Both the position numbers and the translations under genes were made by a program. A model generated the notes under the pieces. It saw only the letters and a list, made by a program, of their open reading frames with translations, ran no database searches and had not been told where the DNA came from. 64,000 nucleotides of DNA from Neophaeotheca triangularis (Eukaryota): contig BAAIJX010000001.1 of NCBI GenBank assembly GCA_054600435.1, positions 372,001 through 436,000 of the forward strand, read 5' to 3'. This document shows positions 11,133 to 21,665 of the stretch, piece after piece (the first letter of the stretch is position 1; every line of letters begins with the position of its first letter).

Positions 11133-13205
11133 TCAAATGTAGACGACTCTGTGCGTTTGCTCGTTTCTGGCTTTCCAGCGCCCATCGCTGCCAAGGTACG
11201 TGATCCAGTTGTCCGAGCGGCGGCCACGAACGGGGGTCAAGAGCAGCGGGTCGTCGTCCAGACTGCCCGAAGAGTCCCGGGCTCTTCTGCGATGGGGAGG
11301 TGGTGTTGAGGGCTCGTAGGCATCGTCCAGGCATCGTGGGGCGGTGAGGTAGTTTGCCGGCATGGGTGGCGGGGTCATATCTCTGTCGTATGGATCCCAG
11401 CACCAATGGTCGAATTGCGCCGCCGGTTGCGGTGGGAAACCCTGTACGTATTCTTGGTTGCGATCGAGACCTGCTGCCCCCACCAAGAGCTCGTTGCGTA
11501 CGTGGACGCAGTCGTCCTTGAAGGCTTCGCACTTGTTGAACAGGTCTTCAAATTCGCTGCGGTAGCATTCTTGAAGCGTGTTCAGGTTGCATTTGTTCAT
11601 GCCAGCGCCACGGAACGGACGGCCGTATTGATCTTTCGGAAAGCCCTTTGCGAGGAACTTGCGAGCCCACTTGTGGAGGTCGGAGGCAATCGGTTTGCTC
11701 TTGTAGAGTTCTTTGAGCGCCTCGATGGGGTTCTTCGACGTTTGGTGCATCTTGTAAAGCCGGTAGAGGGCATAGCCTTGTAATTCGTCAAATTTCAAGT
11801 CTTCGGCCAGCTTGTACACCTCAATGTGAGTCTTCGGGTCGTCTTCGTACTCATCACGACGTTGACGAGAGTCTCGCCACGCAGAATCTTCACGGATGGG
11901 TCTGATGGTTGGGGGTCCCGGCAGCCTGCCGAGGTCAGTCTGGTCGACTTCTTTCATTGATGGTTTGTCGGGATCAAAGTAGTGTTGGTGGGATATGTAG
12001 TCCCATAAGCAACATAACAAGTCCATGGAGCAATCAGGTATCTTGAGCTCTTTCTTCCGATCCTTCTCAATGGCTTTCTTGAGGCTTGGAAACTGCATTG
12101 CCTTTTTTCTGAGGAACATAATCCGGCTACCACCCCAGATAGCCTCAATGTAGTCGTCTGACGGCGGACCGTTGACTCGCTTGATGGGGTGTAGTTTCTT
12201 GTCTGCACCCAGGTCATTGATTTCGTCGCCTCTGTCGTCCATGGCTAGGTCAATGGCAACCGAGTAGCTTTGCACTTGCCAATTCTTGATCTGTGCTCGC
12301 GTGATGGAAGCGTTCTCGTGCGAGCAGTGCGACTGCCCGTCTGCAGGGGGAGGGCCGATGGCGGTGCTCTTAGTGTCGAGAGCTACGAAAGAAGGTGTCA
12401 GATCGCGCCTAGGGGCACCATTGAGCCTCGCTTGAAGATTCCGTTGACGCTCGACATTGCGTCTGTTCCTCGAGTAGAAGACCAGTGGCAAGGCGCCCAG
12501 TTTGCAGCGCCTGGAGATGTCCTTGATGGTTAAGAGTATCACACCGAAGTGCAACCCGTCCAGTAAGCGGCCGTCTTGCTTCGCGTCCTTTGGTTGCGCG
12601 CCACAGCATACCAAAAAGAAGGCGTGAATCATCTGGTGGATCATGGCATCGAGCAACTCTTCAACATCCCCAACGCCATCCTCGAACGGCGCCTTGTTGA
12701 GCTGGATGCAGATACGAGGGCCGTTTACGCCGGGCACAGACGTGATGCCGGGCGTGCTGCTTGCTATCAACTTCCACCGAAGACGCACCATCCCCTCCAG
12801 CTTTCCGCCAAAAAGGGCTTTGTCCAGGCCATCGAAGATCATTTCAGGCTCCCTCCCACGAACCTCGTCGCCGACAATTTGTCTGGCAGTGTCGATCATA
12901 TCCGCGACTTCAGATTGATTCCCCAAAAGGTGCCTGTAGCACCATGCAGTCGCAAACTCAAGCGACCATCCCAAATCACCAGCATGTTTCTCTTCCCCCT
13001 CTCGTATGTAGCTGAAATTACGTTCTGCCGGCGATTCGCCCTCCTCCTCCCGACCTCTCCTGTCCCTTCTTCTTGTCAAGCGCCTTTCGTATGGCTCATA
13101 AGGGTAAGCCCGATGGTCCCTGTAGATGCTCGGGTAGAAGACATCCGTAGAACGATGAGGTGGAAGGAGGAAGGGGTTGTCATGCTGGCATCTTCTCAAT
13201 GCCAT
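11133..13205 (-). CDS. SprT-like (zincin-type) domain fused to a BTB/POZ-like domain
   Basis: SprT-like segment IFDGLDKALFGGKL...W...PGIT...ICIQLN...IHQMIHAFF, then BTB-like LKIPDCSMDLLCCLWDYISHQHY and HIEVYKLAEDLKFDELQGYALYRL. First ATG at 13205. Confidence 0.75.
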   Translation of the reverse strand: MALRRCQHDNPFLLPPHRSTDVFYPSIYRDHRAYPYEPYERRLTRRRDRRGREEEGESPAERNFSYIREGEEKHAGDLGWSLEFATAWCYRHLLGNQSEVADMIDTARQIVGDEVRGREPEMIFDGLDKALFGGKLEGMVRLRWKLIASSTPGITSVPGVNGPRICIQLNKAPFEDGVGDVEELLDAMIHQMIHAFFLVCCGAQPKDAKQDGRLLDGLHFGVILLTIKDISRRCKLGALPLVFYSRNRRNVERQRNLQARLNGAPRRDLTPSFVALDTKSTAIGPPPADGQSHCSHENASITRAQIKNWQVQSYSVAIDLAMDDRGDEINDLGADKKLHPIKRVNGPPSDDYIEAIWGGSRIMFLRKKAMQFPSLKKAIEKDRKKELKIPDCSMDLLCCLWDYISHQHYFDPDKPSMKEVDQTDLGRLPGPPTIRPIREDSAWRDSRQRRDEYEDDPKTHIEVYKLAEDLKFDELQGYALYRLYKMHQTSKNPIEALKELYKSKPIASDLHKWARKFLAKGFPKDQYGRPFRGAGMNKCNLNTLQECYRSEFEDLFNKCEAFKDDCVHVRNELLVGAAGLDRNQEYVQGFPPQPAAQFDHWCWDPYDRDMTPPPMPANYLTAPRCLDDAYEPSTPPPHRRRARDSSGSLDDDPLLLTPVRGRRSDNWITYLGSDGRWKARNEQTHRVVYI

Positions 13206-14135
13206 GGGCACTGGCTTGTGGTTCTCGAACGGGCGAATGCTCCTACCTCCGTAGCAAGTACATGCAAGAGAAGACGAGAAAGGAAAAAGTTATTGAACAA
13301 GCCTCGCCGGAGCAGCAAGGATTAGGCTTTGCATGCCTCTTGCGTCGCAATTGGAAAGCGCTTGATTGCCCAAATGTTGTTGGGGAATGGACGCACTCAT
13401 GCAAGTAGCCGTTGGAACAGCTTGGCTTGAGGGTGGCATGGTTAGCGATCCGTCTCCTGGTATGTCAGTGCTGCCACGCAAGAACGAGCAAAGGTGTGCT
13501 TTTTGGAGACCGATCTGCTTGGTTGAACCAGACGAGAAGTTCGCAAATTCAACGTCTCTAACGTCAATCGGCCGAGAAAGCGCAGCCAGAAACATCGATC
13601 CTGCAGCGAGCCGTAGCTGAGTGCTACATTCGAACGACGTTCCCGTCCCAGCAAACATTCTGAACCCGACCATGTGGACCAGTGGCCATCTGCGGTTGTA
13701 GCAAGGTCTTTCATGGACGTCTGGAAAGCAGATCCGAGGATAAGGTCGCTTGGAGTCTTCAAGTGGGGCCGAGTGATTGGCGCGGCCGGATATCGAAACG
13801 AGTACCAATATTGAGCAGTCATCGAGCGATTGGAGCCTCATTGAGGGCTGAGCTAGCAACGAAGTTGCCCTCCAGCTCCATAGCGGCTTTGGTCTGTGAT
13901 AATAAACGCTTGGGTCAATACATAAGGATATCTAAACTCACCACGCTGCGAAGTGCTCGCCGGCCTCACCCTCCCACCGCGTCAGCACGCCCTAGTCAAA
14001 GGGCGTCCAGCAGATGTAGTCGCAACTCAACGTGTGGGCGGTGGTACCGAAAGCCTATAGGCTTTGATGGATGCATTGTGTACATCGCACTAGGCACAGC
14101 CCCCCTCTCTAGAACGCCGTGTTTCCCAAATCAAT

Positions 14136-15134
14136 TCAGTAGCCAGGTCTCCTGTCGTCGTAATCACGCCTTCCGTCAGAGCTTCGGCCGTCTTGGTATT
14201 TCCTCCTCAGAGCCTGCAGCCTCAGCTTCTTCGTTCGGGAGTTGATGTAGGTACCTGGACTAGCGTCAGCGAACAGCAATTGAACATTCAGCAACCGTGA
14301 GTCCCTTACCAATGACAAAGCCAATAAAGTTGAAGAAAGGTACCCAGGTCTCTTGTGGCAGAAACTGTTGTGCAAAAGCCAGCGCGATGGGAGAGGTGAT
14401 CCAGCTGACTTTCATAACGGGCATGAACCCAGCGCGGACAGTGGCCTTGACCTGGTGGAAGGTACGGGCGCCAGCAATGACAGCCATGCTCGTCAAGTAC
14501 ACTGCGTTTTGAATGGGTGAGATCTAGTACCAACTGTCAGACTCTATTGCGTAGGGTAAGCGTAGAGGAGTCCGATTCTTTGACTCACGATGAAGTTGGA
14601 GACCAAGATCTGCAGGATCTTGGCCTTCAAGCTGGTGCGACCGTTGAATAGCCTTTGCAAAATGGCAATCATAACGTGTCCCAGCGGCGCGGCAATGAGA
14701 GCTCCGTAGATGGCCATCTTTGGAACTCGACTGGTAAAGTAGTGTCCATGCTTGCTCCTATCCTTTGCGATCCACGAGGCGAGGAATTCTTGGAGACCAG
14801 AAAGGGTTCCGGAGGTGAGCATCTTGGTACGTAGAGGGTTCTCTCGAAGCTGATTGAGGTAGGCCTGTTTGACGTGAAGGTTGTCAGCGATATCCTGGCA
14901 CCCCCTATTCCGCCCAAGCTGTGCCTATTGTTTCGCGCTTACCGCCAAGTAGCCATTGGGACCAGCAGCTTTGGTGATGGCGTTTCCTACGTCGCGAACG
15001 AAGCCTTCGTTGCCTTGGCCGTCGGCGGGCATGTCGCGGGGCATGTCACGAGGCATGTTGCGGGAGACATTGGGAGCTTGCTGGGGTGCCGCGCGAGCAG
15101 TTCGCGTCGTCTGCTCCTCGAACTTGACCGACAT
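14136..15134 (-). CDS. wsc: Mpv17/PMP22-family peroxisomal membrane protein, probably the Woronin sorting complex (WSC) orthologue; 4 exons
   Basis: Spliced product AYLNQLRENPLRTKMLTSGTLSGLQEFLASWIAKDRSKHGHYFTSRVPKMAIYGALIAAPLGH...ISPIQNAVYL...WVPFFNFIGFVIGTYINSRTKK. The PMP22 family call is firm; WSC orthology is from recall of the Pezizomycotina sequences. Confidence 0.8.
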
Positions 15135-15325
15135 GTTTGCGGCGGCGGCGTTAGGGTGGGTAGAGGAGGGAAGACAAGCAAGCGATAGTGGTACGAGGTG
15201 GTAGTAGTACGAGGTGGTAGTAGTCGGGAATATATTATGTAGAAGATGATGGGCGGGTCGGGTGTTGCTCAGCTTTGGTTGTCCTGTGGGGGGAGAAGAG
15301 CGAAGAGCCTCGGAGCTGGCCGAGC

Positions 15326-15348
15326 AGAGAGAGAGAGAGAGAGAGAGA
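15326..15348. repeat. (AG)n microsatellite
   Basis: About 11 AG units upstream of the PMP22-family gene. Confidence 0.9.
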
Positions 15349-16070
15349 TGCCTCTATCTGTGGCTGGGCTCATGTGGCGCAACTAGCAGGTAGGTATCTA
15401 ACCTTACCTCCACCCCTAACAACCTTAAAGCTTCCCTTCTTCACCTAACTACATACTTAGGTAGTACCTACCTGCCTCACCAAGCAAGCAGTAGGTAAGT
15501 TAGGCATTAGGTGGTAGTACTGTACCTATACCTTAGGCACTGCACTACATGTACTTTGATAATGTTCACTCCACTCCCGTTATTACTCCTGTAGTACGCC
15601 GACCCTGTTAAGACTTCTCAATACCTACCCACCTTACCTACTGGATTCAATGCAACTATCACGACAAGACATATATGTATGTAGGTACTATCAATCGCCA
15701 CTCTCTCTAGGACTAAGCTTGACCATTGCCTTGCCTCAAAGGCCGGTGTTTCAATGGTCGTTGATAAGTAATTGGCCAAGGTACTATACTCTACTATACT
15801 ATACCATACACATGCATCAGCCCCTTGCTTCATGCAGAGAGACTCTCATCTTTCTTATATTTCCATACCAACACCCTTTTGGCAGAGAGTTGCAAGACTG
15901 GAAGGCATCAAGTCTAGATTGAGCGGAAATAGGTGGAAGTTGCGCCTGTTGTTGATGGAATTGAACTCGAGAGAAGGGAAGGCACGAGACGAGAAGAGAT
16001 GCTTGCTTGCTTGCTTACAGTACTCACAGTACTTACCGCCTTCCACGTCACTCCACTTTACCTCACTTCC

Positions 16071-16105
16071 CTTCACTTCACTTCACTTCACTTCACTTCA
16101 CCTCA
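16071..16105. repeat. (CTTCA)n pentanucleotide repeat
   Basis: Six perfect CTTCA units plus degenerate CCTCA flanks in a pyrimidine-rich leader/promoter region. Confidence 0.9.
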
Positions 16106-16319
16106 CCTGATCTCGTCTCCCCCTCTAGGCTTCCAAAGTCAAGTTGTTACCTTCCACTTCACCTTGGTCTGTCTGTCTTCCCTCATCTATTCCCTCCTCC
16201 CTCAATCATTCCTTGTTTGCCGATTGTTCCAATTGCTAGCCAACTTCACTTGTCGCTGCATTGTCCCTCCATGGTCAAACAACCTCCGCTCCCATCCACT
16301 TTGCTGCAGACTACCAACC

Positions 16320-18147
16320 ATGCCTCCTGCACCTAAGCCAACCTACCTTGGCAATTCCGCATCGTTGCCCTCACAACCAGATCCCTTTTGGCATCCATGC
16401 ACTCCACCTCGTAACAAAGGAGGCGTCAAAGCCTCAACCGCCGCCATGCCTAAAGTAAGTTCCATTCACTGCCTGTTTTTCCTATGCCCCACCTCCCCTG
16501 GCTACATGTGTGTTGCAGTTCTCTCTTCACCAGACACCAGCAAACTTCTCTCCGCCCTTGTTGTGGCATGGACAGCACGCTTGCTGCTTCGGAAAACACT
16601 CTCCCCAAGCACACCAGCAAGACGCAATTATGATGGTCCGAAAAAGGCCAAATCTAATGCGCTCTCAGGCTACACCACCACCAGGTCCATCAGCCAAGCA
16701 AAGACCGACGCACCACCAAGCACGCCGCCCGCAATGTACCCATGTGACAATGAACCGCGTCCACGGAGACAACACTTGCCAGAGCTGTGGCAGAGTCCCG
16801 TCCGCAGGATGGCTGTATCGCTGCATGCAAGACCAACGTTCACCTTTCGAAAGCTCGGAGCTTAGGGGAGAAGACGGCGCGGACGTCGAAGCCCCCCAGC
16901 AGGACGATGACTTAGGTCTGGCAGCATATATGGCAGAGCACCTCCACATGAGCAAGAGCGTCATCGAGCAGATTAGAGCTGGCGCTTACACCTTGGACCA
17001 AATTGGCAAACTCATCGCACAAAAAGAACACCTTATATCCGTTCTCGAGCAGGCTGAAAGTGCACAAGGGAATGTGCCTTCAGGCCCAGGCCCAAACACC
17101 AGCGTCATTGCCTCTGTCGGCTCTACACCACCTCACAGAACTGGAGTTCCCTTGATGTCGGGCGCCATGCCAATGTCACCTGCGGGCACGCCTACCAACA
17201 CCCCCGACCAAAGCGAGAACAATACTCCCATGAAGCCAGTGCCGCAAACCAATACTGCCGCTGAGCAACCAAAGTGCAGTTTTCAAGTCTGCCACACCTG
17301 CCGCCCTTACTTTCAGGATCGCCTGTACCAGAGTTTTGAGGCAGTGTTGTACGGACCTCAACCGGCTATCACGGAGGAAGAGATCAAATCGCTGCCATTG
17401 TTGAACCCGGAAGTCCTGCGCTTCATTGGCCTACGTGAGCCTCCTCGCCCAGTCCCCATGACCAGTCATGTCAGCCAAGAAAGCATGGATATAGTCTACC
17501 AGCTACAAGGCGCACACGACAACTCGGACGACAGCTGGACGCCTTCTAGCGGCTCGAGCAGTGACTTCGACAGGGAGAACGACGAATCTGCACAGGATTC
17601 CTATCCTTGCCCGGGAGCTGGCATCTGTCCACTTTTCAGCCGGCAGACGGGTTGCGCCTACGATCACGGCTTCTCTGACGGTCACCGCGCGATCAACCAT
17701 GGCTTCCAGAGCGTCGATCTCGGCATCATGCAGCAGTCGTACCAGCAAACTCCACAGCACACGCGCCAGCGACTACGACGCATGGGCCAGAGCATCAGCG
17801 ACACACCCGCCGGCACGTCCTCCACAGCATCCTCCATTAGCTTGCCCACGCCAATTACGCTACCCTTGACTCCAACGGTCTCTCTCGAGGAGACTTTCGA
17901 GGGGGAACTGTCCAGGAAGCTGAAGATCGGCAAAGCGGCTAGTGTCTGTGGTGTGCTCGATCGTGGTGACGGAAGTCAGAGAACTTTCACATTTGGTCGA
18001 CGTGGGAGGCGTAGTAGCAACAGCAGCTTGGGTAGCGAGGTTGAGGTTGAGGGTGGCGTTGCTCTGACTGAAGAGGCCGTGGGTGGAGGTATGCCAGATA
18101 TTGTCAAAGAGAAGGGAGAGAGTGAAGCTCCGGGGCCAAAAGTTTGA
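16320..18147 (+). CDS. Hypothetical fungal protein with dispersed Cys/His motifs
   Basis: Possible first exon 16320-16454 (GTAAGT donor, phase 0) joins in frame at CAG 16518 or 16533 to the 545 aa ORF. Motifs CTHVTM...CQSCGR...GWLYRCMQD, CSFQVCHTCRP and C-terminal VEGGVALTEEAV. The true start could instead be near 16630. Confidence 0.75.
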
Positions 18148-18962
18148 TCGGCCAGTGCGGCTGCCCGTGACACAGGGCAAAGACGCAGTGATACCGGTCA
18201 AGAAATTCCGAGCAGGCTGCAGCCGATGTAACCAGCCGTGGTATTATGGCTATTACGCGGCTTGGGTTCGTCAGCTATGAAGGAGTGAGAGGAAAGTTCA
18301 GCCGGGGAGATAAAAGCCCAAGGTTCGCCTCTACCGTGCCGATGCAACTTCCGGTGCCACCAGTGCTAATGTGTTTACAAGAATCTCTACGAGCCTTGTT
18401 TTGACAGTCCCATCCCGAAAGATACATGGCTTTTTTACAACTCGAGCCATAACGAGCGACTTACTCGAGCGATATCGGGTATATTGAGACGTAGTGGAGA
18501 AGTTAGGATGGGTCTGAGTAGGGGGCGGGAGACTATCAATAAAGAATGTGATCAGGTCCACAACACATAGATACAGTATCTAAGGCTTGCTATTCTATGT
18601 AACTTTAAAAGGTTCAACTACAAACCGAGGTGATATGCAAGACTTGATCTTATGACACTTTAGATCTGTTGTTTATTAATAGTTTGATTGAACTGATTGA
18701 ACTGGGTATCGTATTTTTGGCAAGCCTAGGTGGTGTAAGCTGTCTGGCTACTAGCGCGCTGTAGAGCGACAGCAACCGAAGCAAACTAGAAAGGCGCCCG
18801 CTGAAATGCATGCACTCGACCACCGATCCCTCATGCTGCCCGCCAGATGCAAAAGTAGCTCGAGCTACCGAGGTGAGAAGTAGAGGAGAGTCCACTCGTT
18901 GATGCCCGACCAAGCATCCGAAAGCTGTCGACATTCTCGCAGCAATCACTTATCCTCGTTCC

Positions 18963-21014
18963 TTACTCGCCTACATCCATGGCGTCCTCGCCCCCGCCCT
19001 CGCGCTTCTCCACCTTCACCCACTCCACAAACTCGTCGATGACGCTGGGCCAACTGCTCTCCTCGGTCCAGAAGCTCAGCGACTCGTCTTTCAGCGTCTG
19101 CTCGGCGAAATTGAGAGTCTGCTTCCAGAGGTCTTTGTTGACGGACTTGCCCCACTTCTCCTTCAAGAACTCCAACCACAAGCCCAGCCAGTCCGTCGAA
19201 GCAGTGCGCCACTCGAAGCCACTGGGGGAGAAGAGGGCGCCCCATAGCTCCTCTGCCGTCTCGAGCGGGAGGGCCTTTTGGCTGCCGGAGAGTGGAAGTA
19301 CGAAGGTGTGGTTGTAGACGTTCTTGAAGACGCTCTTGTCGGTGGAGAGGACGTTGCGGCGCTTTTGGATGATGTCGCGCATCTTGGGAATGGTGTCGGC
19401 GTTGACGTTGGTGAAGCCGTCGACGAAGCCTTCTCGTGTGATTTTGCCAAGAGAGGGTGAGGAGACGAGCTCGCTGAAGATGAGGGCGCCGATGTCTTCG
19501 ATGCTGATGTCCAGGTCGCCGAGGAGTTGCTGCATGCCCTCGACGTTGATTTCGTCGGGTTCTTCCTTGGGATCATCGCGGTACTTGTCGAAGGTGTGGT
19601 TGAGCGTCGTGCGAACGGCACTGTTGGCGTTCGGGTTACCGTTGAAGAATCTGTGGTGAGAAATAACTTAGCATGTAGTTCAAGAATAATGAAGAGCAAA
19701 AGGCGCCCACGACGGAGAATCTCGACAGAGCATAGCTGCTGTGTATCGAGGCCCACGCCGAGGTATATAGAGCAGTCCAGGCCAATGCCACGCGGGTTGG
19801 AGTGCCTTTGGCGGTCGGTTGCGAAGAGCGAGCGGTATTGGCGCGCTGCTGACGGCTTCTTTGTCACGCTCAGATACCCACTTGGACTTCACTTCGTTGA
19901 TCGATACCTTCTCCTCCTCAGAATCTGTACTCGCATCCTTCCCAGCATTCAAGAAGGCCATGCCAGCATTCAAAAATACCATGAATTCCTGTTCGAAGCT
20001 GATTGCGGTTGCGCCTGGGGGTCCTTTGCGAGGCGACGCTCCCAAACCCATGTTCTGCATGTCCATATTCATACTGGTCTCGTTGGTTCTTTGCAATCGC
20101 GATCGTTGTTAATAGCAGTCTCGGGGGCAACTCGTCAGGGTTCTAGGGCCAGTGAAGAAGTGCCGCAAGATGTGGCAGAGCGTAGCTAGTCACGCAGGTA
20201 AAAGGCCTCGGAGTATATCACCGGAAATGCCCGCCTTGCTCCGATGACCAACCAAACCTCATGCGCAGCTCTTCGACCCTGACCAACAGACTCTCGCTCA
20301 TACCATAGCTGTCCGTCGTTGAAAAGAAAGGAAACAATCTTGGACTTACGAGTTGACGGCAGCGTCGACGTTCCAGTTGTATTGCCTCAGCACCTTTGCC
20401 GCACTGCTCTTGTCCGCCGTGGTGATTCCGACGAATTGCTGTATGGCAGCCTTTTGCTGAGGAGTGTAGGACGCTGGCATGGCAAGCGGTTAGTGATGTA
20501 GCTCGGGCTTGAAAGGTTCGTTCGCGGGTAAGGCGGAGGAGGGGTATGGAGGAGGGAGGTGTTGGGGTTTCGAACGAATACGAATAGTGCGGATATCGAA
20601 GAGGGGACGGAGGAGCTGGTAGGTAAAGTGAATGGAGGATCAAGTAGTAGTAAGAGTACCTAAGTATCCAAGATAGGCATCTGCAACCTTGTACGTAGGT
20701 AACTCAGACTTCTTGAGGCGTGACGTGAGGTGGGGCAGCGGGCGAGCAGACGGGAGGGAGTGGGAGAGAAACAGAGCCCCACCTGCACTCAGACTTCTGG
20801 AGGGACTGGAGGTGAAAGCCAATTGGCCAATGTGGGTGGATGCGGGTGCGGATGCGGATGCGGATGCAGATGTGCCGGTTGGAGGTATAATAATAATAAT
20901 AATGATTTCAATCAGATATCAGAACTTACTCGTCTTTTTCACCTTCTTCGCCGCTGGCTCTGCCATGCTGTCGGTCGACTGCTTGCGTTTCGTGTTAGGC
21001 ATTGTCGTGCTCAT
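18963..21014 (-). CDS. DCN1: Cullin neddylation E3 Dcn1 (UBA-like plus PONY domain). Short form starts at 20480, long form at 21014
   Basis: Exon 20350-20480 (MPASYTPQQKAAIQQFVGITTADKSSAAKVLRQYNWNVDAAVN), intron 19651-20349, exon 18963-19650 (FFNG...FDKYRDD...SVNKDLWKQTLNF...SFWTEESSWPSVIDEFVEWV). Optional upstream exon 20930-21014. Confidence 0.93.
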
Positions 21015-21665
21015 GGCTGCGTCGAGTGGAGGCAAGCTTGAGATTACAGTACGTAGCAAAGGAGGAGAGGAGACCAACGAGCAAGACGGAGGCGAAGAGA
21101 GCGAGTGTTTCTGTCTTGTGGCCCGAGCGGCGTTGCTGGGTGAGGTAGGTAAAAGGGTAAGGTAAGGCAAGGTACTAGGTACTCTACTATTCCTCGAGGT
21201 CACTTCAAGATAACTGTGAAGGCGAGTTTGAGAGCGCGCGCGATCAATGGCTAAGGTCAGGTGACCCGTCGTTCAGTAGGTACATAAAGCGACCTCACGC
21301 CCTCGCTGCTGCCTGTGAACCCCGCTTGCTTGAAACAGAAGGCACGTTCTTGCTTGCTGGAATTTGCAATACCACGGTAAACTTGTAGGCAGTAATCTGA
21401 ACAACCCCAAATACAGGGAGATCGCTTGCCTGTCCTACATGCATATGGACTGCACACTGTCACGGCAAAAAGACAGACACAATACAGCGGGTAACAGAGG
21501 ATTGACGTGTACGGTATTCTACTTCTCAAAGCCCTTGTAGCAGTAACCACCCCTCCCTTAAGCAACCACGTAAGCTGCACCCCCATGCATCACCCTTGAC
21601 AATGGAAGGGTATCGCTCGCTGGTCTCGTGTCCCCGTCATGCTTGTAGATACAACGAACTCTTGC

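Noticed and set aside
15933..16865. 310-aa plus-strand ORF
   Set aside because: It runs through the (CTTCA)n repeat (LHFTS repeats) and an intron. Only 16320-16454 looks like a real exon.
19163..20189. ORFs 19163-19867 (-) and 19527-20189 (+) as independent genes
   Set aside because: They are alternative-frame or antisense shadows of the GC-rich DCN1 exon.
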